Of a stretch of DNA of 64,000 nt, positions 52,001-62,600 are shown one piece after another. Within the stretch, counting starts at the first letter, position 1. Each line of letters opens with the position of its first letter. Source of the DNA: Schmidtea nova (taxonomy: Eukaryota); assembly GCA_044892505.1 (NCBI GenBank), contig CM097883.1, forward strand, positions 228,966,001-229,030,000. Reading direction: 5' to 3'. A program made the translations under genes and the position numbers. The notes below the pieces were generated by a model, which did not search any database, was not told the DNA's origin, and saw nothing but the letters and a program-made list of their open reading frames with translations.

Positions 52001-55000
52001 ATGCCACTGGCATTTGATTCTTGATTGTGTCCATATCACTCTCGTTATAATCTCCTTGTGCGTATCTGTGCACTTTCTCTGTAATCGCTCCTAGTATCTC
52101 CAACGAGTTTTTGTTCTCTCTGAATTCGGATAATTTTTCCTGTGCTTTTGCTACGATTGCGTTTAATCTCTCTTGATAATCAGCTTTTGCGTTGAACAAC
52201 ACTGCTTTGCTTCTTATTCGCGTTTGCATCTGTTTCATTCGTTGGTCTTGATACACTGCTTGTCTGAAGAATTGTCCATACTTCAATGCTTCCACCAGCT
52301 CTTTATATCGCTTGCTTATTTCTTTGTGCTGCTTTTGGATGTCATAGAAATGTTCGAAGCTCATATCCGGATTCCATTGCTTATCACACCATTTCTTGAT
52401 TAATCCGAATAGTTCTTTCTTCCTGTCTTCTAACTTGTATTCTCTTGGGTTTTCACTAACCCGTAGCGTATCTCTCGCTACTAACACTGCAAGGGTTTTT
52501 GGATCGTATGTTACTTCTAATAGATGTTTCAGTAACGCATTTTCTCCCCTTGTGAACACTTCATTACAATCTATGACCCACGAATCTCCTTCTGGTCGTT
52601 TCCACTTTAGCAATATTCTCCAGGTTTTACTGTTCTTTACCCCGATTGCTTGTTTCATGATTGATCCTCTGGTTAGTTCATCGATTTCCCACGTGGCATT
52701 TTCCGTAATATACTTCAGTATTCGGTGATTCGCTCTGTCAATTGCATGATTCAAGAATGTTCGTCCTTCTTTATCTTTTGCCATCCAATTCGATCTGGTG
52801 TTTCCGAATAGCTTGATTATTTCATCGTTTCTTCCGTGAATCGTCATCATCATAAGTGGAGTGATTCCTTCCCAATTCACTTTGTCAATTTCTCCTCCAC
52901 TTTCGAGTATCATTTCTACGATCTCCTTCACTTTCTCGTTTCCACTGTGCTTGATTACATTATGTAACGCGGTATTACCATCTTTGTCTTGTAGATTCAA
53001 TGTCTGAGGGATCTCCTCTAGCAGCGTCCTTGTTATTGGATGTGCTGTTCTATCCTTCGCATAGTCCATTACATTCTTTCGAACTTCTGACAGTATATTG
53101 AAATCGTGCCACCATCTCCATTCCGGTATAATTTCTCTGGTTTTCTTTGCCAGTTCTTTGATGTCTATTATCTCCCTTCGGTTGTCCTCTAGACTTGTTT
53201 GCGGCTTTTGTTGTACTCGCAACATATTAATTCTCGCCGTCTGTGATCTTGTCATCACCCGTTTCTCTGGTGATAGAGTTGCTGTCTTTGGTATTTTCCT
53301 GCATCGACATGCATTCACGTATATTGGTCTTACCAATGGATTGTTCACCAATCGTACTCGCACATTATTTTCATTTACTGTTGTTATTTCATATGGCCCT
53401 TTGTCTGGTCGTTGGAGTTTCTTGACCGTACCGGGTATTATCTCTGGTGTTTCGATTATCACCCAATCTCCAACTTTTAAATCATGTGCTTTCACATTCT
53501 TTTTCTGATCATGCAGATCCTTGTAACTCTCTTGATAGAACTTGATGTTTAGTTCCGCCGTTTTCCAGATTTCTTGCATTCTTTCTTTGAACTTTGTCAC
53601 GTAATCGTCAACCTCCATATACTGCGATAGTGGTGGTTGGTACTCTAAATCAATCGGTAAGTTGCAATCTCTTCCGTACATCAGTTGGAATGGACTTAGC
53701 TTTGTTGTCGCATGTATTGACATTCTGTATGCCATTAAACACAAGTTTATATACTCGTCCCAGTCAGTTTGGTGTTTACTGACGTAATTCGACAACATGC
53801 GTATCAATGTTCCATTGAACCTTTCTGTTTGTCCGTTCGTTTGTGGATGGTATGGGGATGTTCGTAATTTCGCAATTCGGAAGTAATTCGTAACTTCGTC
53901 TAATATTTCACTCATGAAATTTGTTCCTTGATCCGTTAGGATTTTCTTTGGTGTTCCGTATCTGCAGCATATCTCTTCCACCAATATTCTCGCGACTGTT
54001 TTCGCTTTTTGATCCGGTATTGCGAACGCTTCTGGGAACTTTGTTAGATAGTCCGTGACTACTAATATGTATTGATTTCCCTTCAAACTTTCCGGCAATG
54101 GTCCAACTACATCCATTGCTATCGTCGCCATAGGTTCTGCAGGTATTGGCATAGGTTTCAGTGGTGTTTTCCACTTTGTTCCGACGTTCTTTCTTGTCGC
54201 ACAGGTTAAGCAGTTCTTTATCCATTCCTTCACCTCATCTTCCATGGTTGGCCAAAAATACTTTTGTCTCAATCTCCCGATTGTCTTTTTTGCTGACATA
54301 TGTCCGCCTAATTTTCCGTCATGATATTGAGTCATGATTTCCTTTCGTCTGTTCGCAGGTAAGCACATCAATCTCCTTTCTCCATCCTGTATCAATAACC
54401 ATCCTTTTTCCATCACGTATCGGTGCTGATATTTCTGCATATGTTCGCGCAACGTTTGGTTCTTGCCGAATATCTCTATTTCCCTTTCTTTCAGATACTT
54501 GCTGATCAATCCCAACTCCTCGTCTTCGAGTTGATCTTTCCTTAATTCGCTGAAATCCAAATCCTCCGCTATTAATGCACATATTTTTAGAGCATTCAGG
54601 TTCACCAATTCTGGAAATGTAAACCTTGACATGCAATCTGCGTTTGCATTTGCTTTTCCTGCTTTAAACTTTATGAATGGCGAGTATTCTTGTAACTGCA
54701 TCGCCCAACGCATCAATCTACTTGATGATTCTTTGTGTTGACCTAACCATACCAATGGTTGATGATCCGTCGTGATATATATTTCATGACCCCACAGTAG
54801 GTACTTGAAATGCTTGATTGCCAATATTATTGCATAGGCTTCTCTTTCTGTGACTGAGTAATTCCTTTCATGCTTCCTGAACGTTCGACTATAATATCCG
54901 ATTACTCTCTCTTTGCCTTCTTCATCAAATTGGCCTAGTACTGCTCCTGCTGCGTATCCACTTGCATCTGTTGCCAACAGAAATGGCTTCTTAAAATCTG

Positions 55001-56408
55001 GATGGACCAGTATTGGTGCTGTAATCAGCTTATCTCGTAATGTTTCAAATGCTGCTTGCTGTTCTATTCCCCATATAAACGACACATCTTGTCTTACCAA
55101 TTCTTGCATTGGTTTTGATATTCCTGCATAGTCCTTGATAAACTTTCGATAATATCCACACAATCCCAAAGATTCTTGTATTTGAGTCACTGTCTTTGGT
55201 GGTGGACATTCTTTAACTTTCTCGATATTCCTTGGATCTGGTTCTTTTCCTTTTGCCGATACAATGTGACCTAAGAATGTCACTTTCTCTTTTGCCCAAT
55301 CGCACTTTGACGGCTTCAATTTCAGTTTCCATTGCCTTAATTTCACGAACACATTTCTGATGTCTTGTAAGTGATCTTCGAATGTTGCGGAGTAGATCAA
55401 TAGATCGTCGATGTACACCATGCATTGTTTTATGCCATGTGTTACGAAATTCATGCATCTCTGGAATGATGCTGGCGCGTTTGTTAACCCAAACGGCATT
55501 TTCTTGAATTGGTACAGATCTCGTCCGATTGTAAATGCTGTCTTCTCTTTATCCTCATCTTTCATTTTGATCTGCCAATATCCACTTTTTAAATCCAGTG
55601 ACGTGAAATAAGCTGCTCCTTGTAACGTCAATAACATTTCATTTATGTCTGGCAGTGGGTACGTATCTCTTTTCGTAACTGCGTTCAATCGTCTGTAATC
55701 GATACAGAATCTTTGAGTTCCATCCTTCTTTTTCACCATCACCACTGGGAATTGCCAGGGTGAGCAACTAGGTTCGATGACCTCTGCATCTAACATCTTT
55801 TGTACCTCTTCTTCTGCCACTGCTTTTTGAGCTTCTGCCAATTTATATGGTCGTAATGCGATTGGCGTTTCGTCCGTCAACGGTATCGTATGTAATGTTA
55901 CATCACATGTTCCTAAATCCAGATCTGATGCTGCGAATATATCTTTATATTCCATCAACAGTTTCTGTAACTGTACTTTTTGTCGTTCGTCTAACAACAC
56001 ACTGTCGATTTCCCATGGTAACTCGCCTTTGCCTTTCTCATTCTTGTCTGGTATTTCGATTTCGGACATGGGTGTCAATTTACCCAATCTCTCATTCTCG
56101 TATATTATCTTGTCCTCTTCGTCGAAATTTACCAGATTGATCGGTATTTCTCCTTTTTGGTTTATCGTAACCAATTCTCTTGCCATTGGTAATTCTTTCT
56201 TTGCTTCGAACTTCTTACTTGGTTCGAATACCATATCTCCCTTTATTGTTGAATCGATCTTGACATAACACATCATTTCATGTCTCGCTGGCACTACTAT
56301 TTGTTCCGCACTTGCCACTTTAACTTTCATTCTGCAGATTTTTCCTGTTCTATCTTTTAGCTTCATTGCTCCTAGATCAATTACGATCTCCTTGAACAGG
56401 TCTGGCAT
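49092..56408 (-). CDS. pol: Pol ORF, 2438 aa: PR C-terminus, RT, RNase H, IN, ankyrin repeats, FN3-like repeats, TM
   Basis: RT (RFCIDYRRLN, LDLKSGYWQI, MPFGLTNAP, YIDD at 55404-55415); RNase H (ATDASG, NYSVTERE, TDHQPL); IN (H-H-C-C, MDVVGP, TDQGTNF, YHPQTNGQTER, GPY); about 1,350 extra aa after IN. Confidence 0.97.
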   Translation of the reverse strand: MPDLFKEIVIDLGAMKLKDRTGKICRMKVKVASAEQIVVPARHEMMCYVKIDSTIKGDMVFEPSKKFEAKKELPMARELVTINQKGEIPINLVNFDEEDKIIYENERLGKLTPMSEIEIPDKNEKGKGELPWEIDSVLLDERQKVQLQKLLMEYKDIFAASDLDLGTCDVTLHTIPLTDETPIALRPYKLAEAQKAVAEEEVQKMLDAEVIEPSCSPWQFPVVMVKKKDGTQRFCIDYRRLNAVTKRDTYPLPDINEMLLTLQGAAYFTSLDLKSGYWQIKMKDEDKEKTAFTIGRDLYQFKKMPFGLTNAPASFQRCMNFVTHGIKQCMVYIDDLLIYSATFEDHLQDIRNVFVKLRQWKLKLKPSKCDWAKEKVTFLGHIVSAKGKEPDPRNIEKVKECPPPKTVTQIQESLGLCGYYRKFIKDYAGISKPMQELVRQDVSFIWGIEQQAAFETLRDKLITAPILVHPDFKKPFLLATDASGYAAGAVLGQFDEEGKERVIGYYSRTFRKHERNYSVTEREAYAIILAIKHFKYLLWGHEIYITTDHQPLVWLGQHKESSSRLMRWAMQLQEYSPFIKFKAGKANANADCMSRFTFPELVNLNALKICALIAEDLDFSELRKDQLEDEELGLISKYLKEREIEIFGKNQTLREHMQKYQHRYVMEKGWLLIQDGERRLMCLPANRRKEIMTQYHDGKLGGHMSAKKTIGRLRQKYFWPTMEDEVKEWIKNCLTCATRKNVGTKWKTPLKPMPIPAEPMATIAMDVVGPLPESLKGNQYILVVTDYLTKFPEAFAIPDQKAKTVARILVEEICCRYGTPKKILTDQGTNFMSEILDEVTNYFRIAKLRTSPYHPQTNGQTERFNGTLIRMLSNYVSKHQTDWDEYINLCLMAYRMSIHATTKLSPFQLMYGRDCNLPIDLEYQPPLSQYMEVDDYVTKFKERMQEIWKTAELNIKFYQESYKDLHDQKKNVKAHDLKVGDWVIIETPEIIPGTVKKLQRPDKGPYEITTVNENNVRVRLVNNPLVRPIYVNACRCRKIPKTATLSPEKRVMTRSQTARINMLRVQQKPQTSLEDNRREIIDIKELAKKTREIIPEWRWWHDFNILSEVRKNVMDYAKDRTAHPITRTLLEEIPQTLNLQDKDGNTALHNVIKHSGNEKVKEIVEMILESGGEIDKVNWEGITPLMMMTIHGRNDEIIKLFGNTRSNWMAKDKEGRTFLNHAIDRANHRILKYITENATWEIDELTRGSIMKQAIGVKNSKTWRILLKWKRPEGDSWVIDCNEVFTRGENALLKHLLEVTYDPKTLAVLVARDTLRVSENPREYKLEDRKKELFGLIKKWCDKQWNPDMSFEHFYDIQKQHKEISKRYKELVEALKYGQFFRQAVYQDQRMKQMQTRIRSKAVLFNAKADYQERLNAIVAKAQEKLSEFRENKNSLEILGAITEKVHRYAQGDYNESDMDTIKNQMPVAFLLSKDGRLPIHWALRRKKENEVLEITKAMVKCEADMNTVDDNGDTIMIIAARKKTNFKVLNELYEAGAKIEGKNGKNNSIIDIAIQWNNFEMIKFIKSIKKQDDIEYLVNNVKNFSLTVMIHDIEKTRALLTWVNPITKEPAFKINDNMEQNQNWCIRSALLRHKKPEIVEEFLKRRDLKFTNNPKEQERIGRWKDLFRKYVNEWANAKEAIKQSRLKDIEPSKEMEIREFESSTLAVQAYERLIEEINVEDDISKGPGGGYRDFDDKSNNEESNEDNDNKRTEDNEKERQEEPKPTRNDKKREAEERENNGTKDERTNYGKRTGSLLLRPEMLCIAILITIIGQGEAKKQYVTLEIIRGNEVYERICWKENLKKNDTLKCILSDLKRDVIQIKGLEKEKSYIICAIKQRGEPKAPQVTACQLYKATEALKIQKWIEKRSEETTRRTEVESEKGKNQTEVEEGIRNRTEKERITKNPAGKLTFQPELICVALILILIKRIMEDIDISVMTLVNIQDQRTTNGRCWGRNNEVIGISETRESREAETNEEIEITEIDTDRKCELCLMEKAANGNRPGTSECKVFQTKEIIEFPKRKKQDQETIANEVVTVEIKNIGRRTIGMCWRKYIGVSTNNIIPQCKTRERGIPFQLNGFEVGQAYEICVIRRIREVIQRSLECRLYKTPEQINGTRTIEMGGSRQKKRKSRRTTTTNSQGTQQTTEGTTIENEPESTTLIIWKIHKKVLEICWTLMPNSMGKSPRNCQKTSNDKKETIEVEMRKLKTNAEYVVCAIEEVDTQGNPQERCETYYTPIKRRIKKLEFRELSQKREQNEKEETIPNRQEKWEPEKVIEEVRRRQQQYEQWEAEWKGQYGVMINQSETPRMSIGKTVMGLISMGVFIACIPLITIMIVCWRYGMRNKTIAVKWPEVKVTNYNIKLPKEVREELKRRSKHEEMWVQIEDEELYEGKPVIVV
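51700..53000 (-). other. Two clusters of ankyrin repeats fused downstream of integrase
   Basis: QDKDGNTALH, VNWEGITPLM, KDKEGRTFLNHA (52700-53000); KDGRLPIHWAL, VDDNGDTIMIIAA, KNGKNNSIIDIA (51700-51990). Confidence 0.88.
53300..54340 (-). other. Integrase domain (HHCC, DD35E, GPY/F)
   Basis: YHDGKLGGHM..CLTC; IAMDVVGPL; ILTDQGTNF; QTERFN; KGPYEI. Confidence 0.95.
54680..55870 (-). other. Reverse transcriptase and RNase H domains
   Basis: Canonical Ty3/Gypsy motifs with YIDD catalytic box. Confidence 0.97.
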
Positions 56409-56690
56409 CAGGTCAGTTCCAATAATACATGGTACACTCAGCGATGGTATTACACGATGTACGTGTTGATCTCTGCACCTCGATGCTTAATTTTTACAAA
56501 CCATCTTCCGGCTACTTCTACTGTCTCTTGACTGCACGCGATTACATGTACGTTCGTCTTCTCAATTTCTCCTTGGTTTTTCTCGGGTATATAGTTAATG
56601 TCGATTGCCGAAATATTCGCGCCTGTATCGATCATTGCTTCGATTTCTCTTCCATTTATTTCTATGGTTGTTGTTAAAATCGGTCCCATA
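56370..56690 (-). other. Retroviral-type aspartic protease split across the ORF1/ORF2 junction
   Basis: IEINGREIEAMIDTGANIS (DTG at 56621-56629) in ORF1; C-terminal IPSLSVPCIIGTDL in the pol frame. Confidence 0.92.
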
Positions 56691-59600
56691 TTTGTGGACA
56701 TAACTGCTATCGTGTGCGTGTCTTCTAACGAGTTTACACTTCCACCTCGTTTTACTTTGCATCCCTCTGGAATTATCGGGTATATACTTGTCATCGGCAT
56801 CATCTGCATCATATTCGGCTTCGCTTTGTATATCGGTTCGTTATACATTGACTGAGGTGGAGCACTGTATCTCCAATTCTCAACTGCACTCTTTTCGTTA
56901 TACTGTGGAATCTGGTTTATATTCGCTTGTCCTCCTCGATCGTCATCGTCATCGTCGTCGTTACTTGAATCATCCTGCGTTCGATATCCTCTCACTCTTT
57001 CCCATAATCCTTTCCTTTCTTTCTTTAGTTGTCTTCTTGCTTGCTCGTCTTGCATTATCTTTTTGAATTTCCTTCCGACATCTTCGTTTGTTCCTTTCAT
57101 TTTTGCAAGTATCTTCAACAACCTCTTTATTCGATGTATGTCTTTTGAGTGTCCGTGTAACACCATCGTTTTCGCAAGGAATGGTAAAAATCCTACTACC
57201 ATTTTCCAATTCACTTTCTTTTCTCTCTTGTAGATGTCGAAACACGCTAACATTTGCGTTATTATCACTCTGACGATTTGTATTATCAATATAACACCCA
57301 GTATTCCCGCCATCATTTGTCCAAATATCAGGAATCTTCCCCACATTGCCTTCATCATATTTTCTGTGGCTTTCTTGAAATGTGCCGGTGACAACAACAG
57401 TTCGTAATTCGGTCCTTCTCGATAATTCGTTCCTCCCGTTATCGTTACGATATTTGACAGTAATGCTTCTCTTCTTGCCGGGAATAATATATTCTGCCTT
57501 GCTGCTTCCAGATCTTTTGGACTATAGATTCCGTTGTTTGAGACATCTACGTCACTGAACTGTCTATCCTTTGACAACTGCATTAGCTCAAATTCTCTTG
57601 GTGCTAATACTTCAGTTCTTCCTGGGAACATAACCCATTTGCCATCTGGCTTCTGATAAAGCGGTCCGTACGCGTTACTACAGTTGAATGGATTTGGTTC
57701 AAAACTTGGTGGATTGATGATTCTCGTCACCGGTTGAACATATCGTACTTTTCCTTTGTAATCGATTTCTAGTTCGTTTGTACATTGTCCAGGTTTCAAC
57801 TGCGTTGTTGCTGCTAGCGATGCGTGTGTCTTTTCACAAATGTATACATACATTGCCTCTCCAACCACTCTTCCGAAATGTCCTTCTCTCAGTGGTAATA
57901 ACGGCATCGCGCTATCTGGATTCGTAATCGCTACGGCCAACTTTGTCTTTAGTATTTCCCGATTCAGTATACAATCGTTGTTTATCAGATCATAATACAC
58001 TTTTTGCAATGAGGCTTGTCCTCTATGGAATAAGAAATCCATTTTATTATTCACATACAAGTGTAACTTGATATCCATTGTGTCGATCTTGGGTTTCGCA
58101 TTCGGCACTTCCTGCTTTGACACGTATATTCCTGGATAATTTGTTTCGTATACTGTTGTACTGCACTTAAGGGTTGCTTTCCCTTTTATGAATCTCATTC
58201 CCACATCCTGATTTGTGGTTATCAACACTGTTGGTGTGGCTCTCATCTCTATTCGTTTTTCTCTATGATCTGGTCTCAATTGTCTTTTGTTCTCTAAAGC
58301 TTCTTTGAGATGTTTTGCTCTAGCTTTGTCATCATCGTCCTCTTCCTGGAACGTTTTTCCTTGAATTTCGTCGAACTTTGCTCCTTGTAGCAGTTGTAAT
58401 TGACACTCGTTCACTTTTGGTTTGTATACCAATGTTGACATTCCCGTTTGACACATGCTCCTGTCAATTTTACACATGGATAACGTTTTCATTTCTCCTG
58501 TGGTCGGTTCGAAGAATGCTTCGTAGCTTTTCAGTTCGACTATATACGTATCCATTACCACTAAGTTGGTTGCAGGTACTCCAAATATCGGGTAGGTTTC
58601 TCCTTGACAATATCCTTCTCCTCCCGTAATCCGTCCTGCTACATAATACGTCTGCTGTAACATCATTCCTGGTTTTCCTTTTATCTTGATTTTATCTCTC
58701 GTTGTTACTTCTCCATGCTTGAATAATGCTTCACAGTCTTCTCCTTGCAACACGATTGGTTCTCTTTCTGTTCCTGGCATGACAATTGCTGAATAATGTC
58801 CTCTACCACAATAGAATGCGAATCTCGTCTTTTGTACTTTGCATTCATTCACCATTGTCTTTATGAGTTCTGCCTCTTGATACACGTGGTACCATTGTTC
58901 CTTTTTAATCTCTTTTAACTCTACTGGAGTTGCATCTTTGCATTGCTCCGTACCTCTCAATGAGTACTTTTCTCCTAACTTCATTTGATCACAATCAAAT
59001 ACTTCGAACGTTGTTACACCCTCTGTGCTTAACAACCATACTAGCATCATCATGATTATCGAGTTTAAATTCAACGTCGATCTTCCGTTTCCTTGCATCG
59101 TTTGTCTATTCTCCATTTCTCTCAATACTCCTTCGAGTTTCTTTCTCATCACGTTAGACCCTTCTTTTGTCTGGTTCTCTTTTATGAACTTTTCCCATCC
59201 TCCTTTCCTGAGGATATATGGTTCAATTTCTTTCTCGATAATCATCGCCGTATTTTTAATATGTCTTCCCATCGGACTTGACTTCGGACTTCCTCGGCTT
59301 AGCGTTAGTAAATTGTATATCGTATACGAGATTGCTACCAGATATTTGCTGTCCGTTTCTGCTCCGTTAAGTAGCCTTTTTATCAACATCGTGGTTCCTT
59401 GCCAATCCAGATGATTCGATTTTGTTTTTGCCTTTATCAATTCTGGCATAATCGGTGCTATTGCATTGTGTAGCATCCTTGCCTTTGTACTAGGTTCGTT
59501 TATCCGCCACAAATTCTTTAATTCCGGGTCAATTATTGCTAACACATCCATTATCGTTTTGGTGAGCCATTCTTCTCCTTGGCAGACTTGATTCTCTTCT

Positions 59601-62600
59601 TTTCCTCTGATCTCTGCGATTTTATCCAGTTTCTTCAAGCAAATCTCCCATTGCTCTTGTCTCCTTTCTTCCCTTGTTTTTGGAATTGTTGTTGCTGGAT
59701 CTATCTTTGGTCTTCCTCTTGGTCGTTTTTCCATTCCAGTTCCGGTTTCCACAAATCTCGTTGCTCTTCCCGTTTCTTCTGTAACATCTCTTCCTTCGTT
59801 CGCTCGCTGTTCTAACCATCTTTCCATTTCTTGAGTAAACTGTGGTTGTTCTTGCTCGTCTTCTGAATCGTTTACCATTTCTATGACTACCTCCTGTTCC
59901 ACTCCTTGATCGTCGATTTCTGCTGGTGACGTTATTGGCATCTCTATTATTCTGTCAAAAATATTCGCCGTTGGTTTTTGAGTCAACTTCGTTAGTTCTT
60001 CTATCGCCTCATCACTATCTGTTAGTATCTCATCGACGTCATACGCTTCTGGCGGTGTTCTCTCTCTCGTTTTTATTGGTGTTGTCCTTGCTTGTCCCGA
60101 ACTTGTTCCTGGGGTCATTGTTGACTTCATCGGACTTGGTGTACTCATGCTTCCTTTCGCTTTCTTTTCCTCTTTAAACTTCAGTGGTTGACCCACTATT
60201 TGTGCCACTGTTAGCGTATTCATTAGATCCAATTGCACTGGTGTCAGCCAGATTTCCAAATTGTTATCCAACGATCGTCCTTGATGTTGCAGGTGGAATG
60301 GTAGTTCGTACATCAGTTTCTCTTTAACACTTTTCACTTTTTCGGTTAGCATCACCCAAAACTCTTCTTTTCTCTGATTCGGATACATTATCCTCAAATG
60401 TATTTTCTGTGGCGTTTCCTCCGCAAACTCTTTGTTTCTCCACTTTTTTATTACATCGTCTAGTTGCTCTGGACACCACTCGTTTACTCTCTTGTATTCT
60501 GCTATCGCTTTAGCTACTTTTCGCAAGTTCGTCATGTCTTCTCCATTTGAGATTATGAATTGTGCTAAGCCTTTTATTGTTTGTCTTTTCCCCCGAGTAT
60601 TTCCTCTCAACAGCTCGATCAATTCACTCGTTTTCTGTTTCTCCAATTCTGCCCATATTACTGCATTTTCTGGTCCGTCTAAGTCCGTTGGTAATATCCT
60701 CCTTGTTACCATACATATCCGTTTCGTATTCCGTTCATATCTGTCTTCTCCTTCCGGATCTTCTTCATACACGCCTCTTTTCACTTTCCAACATTTCTCT
60801 TTGTTATCCCATTGTTTCTCTACTGGCGTCAATCGTCGTCTGTTAAGATCCAATTCTCCCAATATTGTCTCCCATTCTGGCTTCATCTGCCAGTTCCGAT
60901 AGATTTCTACTATCTGCCTCAACTTACGCATAACGTCCTCTTGTCGTTTCTTTCTCCTTTCTTCATCTTTTGTAGTTATCCTCGGCACATCATCCATTCT
61001 GATGACGTGTATTGTCTGATAATTATCCCATATGCCGATTTTATACGCTCGTCTTTCGTCACGTTCGTTCAGTAGATGTTCTTTGTATTTTATAGCGATG
61101 TCATCCTCGAATTCATCTTCCCGTTCTCGTTGTAATATCGTCTCATTGATGACATCTACTATTTCTCCCACTTTACTATCTGGTATTACCTCAATTTGTT
61201 TTGTCTCTTCGTTTGGTAATCTCACGGTAATCTTCAGATCTGATACCTCTCCTCGTTTAAACATTTCTTTCCCCATCTTGGCGATTAACTTATCCGTTTT
61301 GAAATTTGAGTGTCTCGTTTGACTGGTGTCTCGTATATTCTCGATACACTGTTTCAAATTCTCATACTCGCTTTTCGTCAATTCCTTTCGATGTTTCTTG
61401 ATTTGTTGGATGATCTGTTCTATCATCGTATTCAAATTCTCCGCCAAGATTCTTTCTTTTGCCTCTACCAACTGAGGTTTTATTCTCATCTCGTAACACG
61501 TATTCGCTTCTTTGACGATTCCTTGTAAGTTCTCTTCCTTTTTGGTGTTGCATATAGATAGCGTTGTTATTTCTCCTGGCCATATGCCTGTGTCTATCAT
61601 ATGCGTTCCTTTTCTCACCAATCCGTTTTCCGAATATATGAATTTGTCTTTGTACGAGCTTCCCAATCTGTCTTCAACCCATCGGTAAATTCCATCCGTC
61701 ATTGGGTTCCTTATCCAGATTCTCGGTGAACACTCGTTTATCCATATTTGTATTACGTATTCGTTGAGTGGTTCTTTCAATAACTTCTCTATGAACTCCT
61801 GTATTACCCTCACTTCTCTTTCTTGTAACCACTCTTTATACTTCATTTGCCATACTGCTCGTATAAACTTTCGGTATCGTTTCCTGTCGATAAACTCCTC
61901 GTTATGGATTACTTCTAACGCATTATCCATCAGCTTCTGAATTTCGTCTTCCTTTACTGACATCGTTTCTATCGTCTCGACTACTTCCATCTTTTTATCC
62001 ACGTTTTCCGGTTCCTTTAGCATGTCTCCTGCCAGACTGCTAACTTCGCTGTCGTCTTCTTCATCTGACAACTCTTGTCTTGGGTGTCTCAGCATCCCAA
62101 TATGTGCGGTTGGCCTCGCTTCGTTTTTGCTAGCTTCTTGTATTAGTTCATTCTCGTTTCCTGTTACTTCAGCTTTTCCCATTCTTTTCTCCAACTCGTC
62201 TATTTCTTCCAACCGTCTTCGTCTTATTTTTCCCTTGAATATTCGACTGATCCGGGTTTGATGTTTCACTGGTGGTGGGATTTTCTCCGGTTCCACCTCT
62301 CTGATGATCATCACGTTTATTTTTGTCTCCGTTACTCCCATATCTTCCCATATATCAGTCATCTTTAACTTCACTTCCGGTAAATCTTCTGTTTGTAGGA
62401 AGGCTTCTCTGGGCAGTTTCGTCACTCCCGGAATCATCTCGTTTACTTTATTGAACAATCTTCCTACTTCTTCTTTTACATCGTATTTGAATCGCCACAC
62501 GTGATCATTCGGCATGATCACCAACATTCCTCTTTGTTTGACTCTCACTTCCTCTTCTTGATTCGTTTCTTTTTCTGTTTCTTTTTCTGTTTCTGTTTCT

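Noticed and set aside
53000-53300. Chromodomain after integrase
   Set aside because: No chromodomain aromatic-cage pattern is visible; ankyrin repeats follow instead.
56440-56470. Programmed -1 ribosomal frameshift between ORF1 and pol
   Set aside because: No slippery heptamer and the break is inside the protease; a 1-nt deletion is more parsimonious, though not formally excluded.
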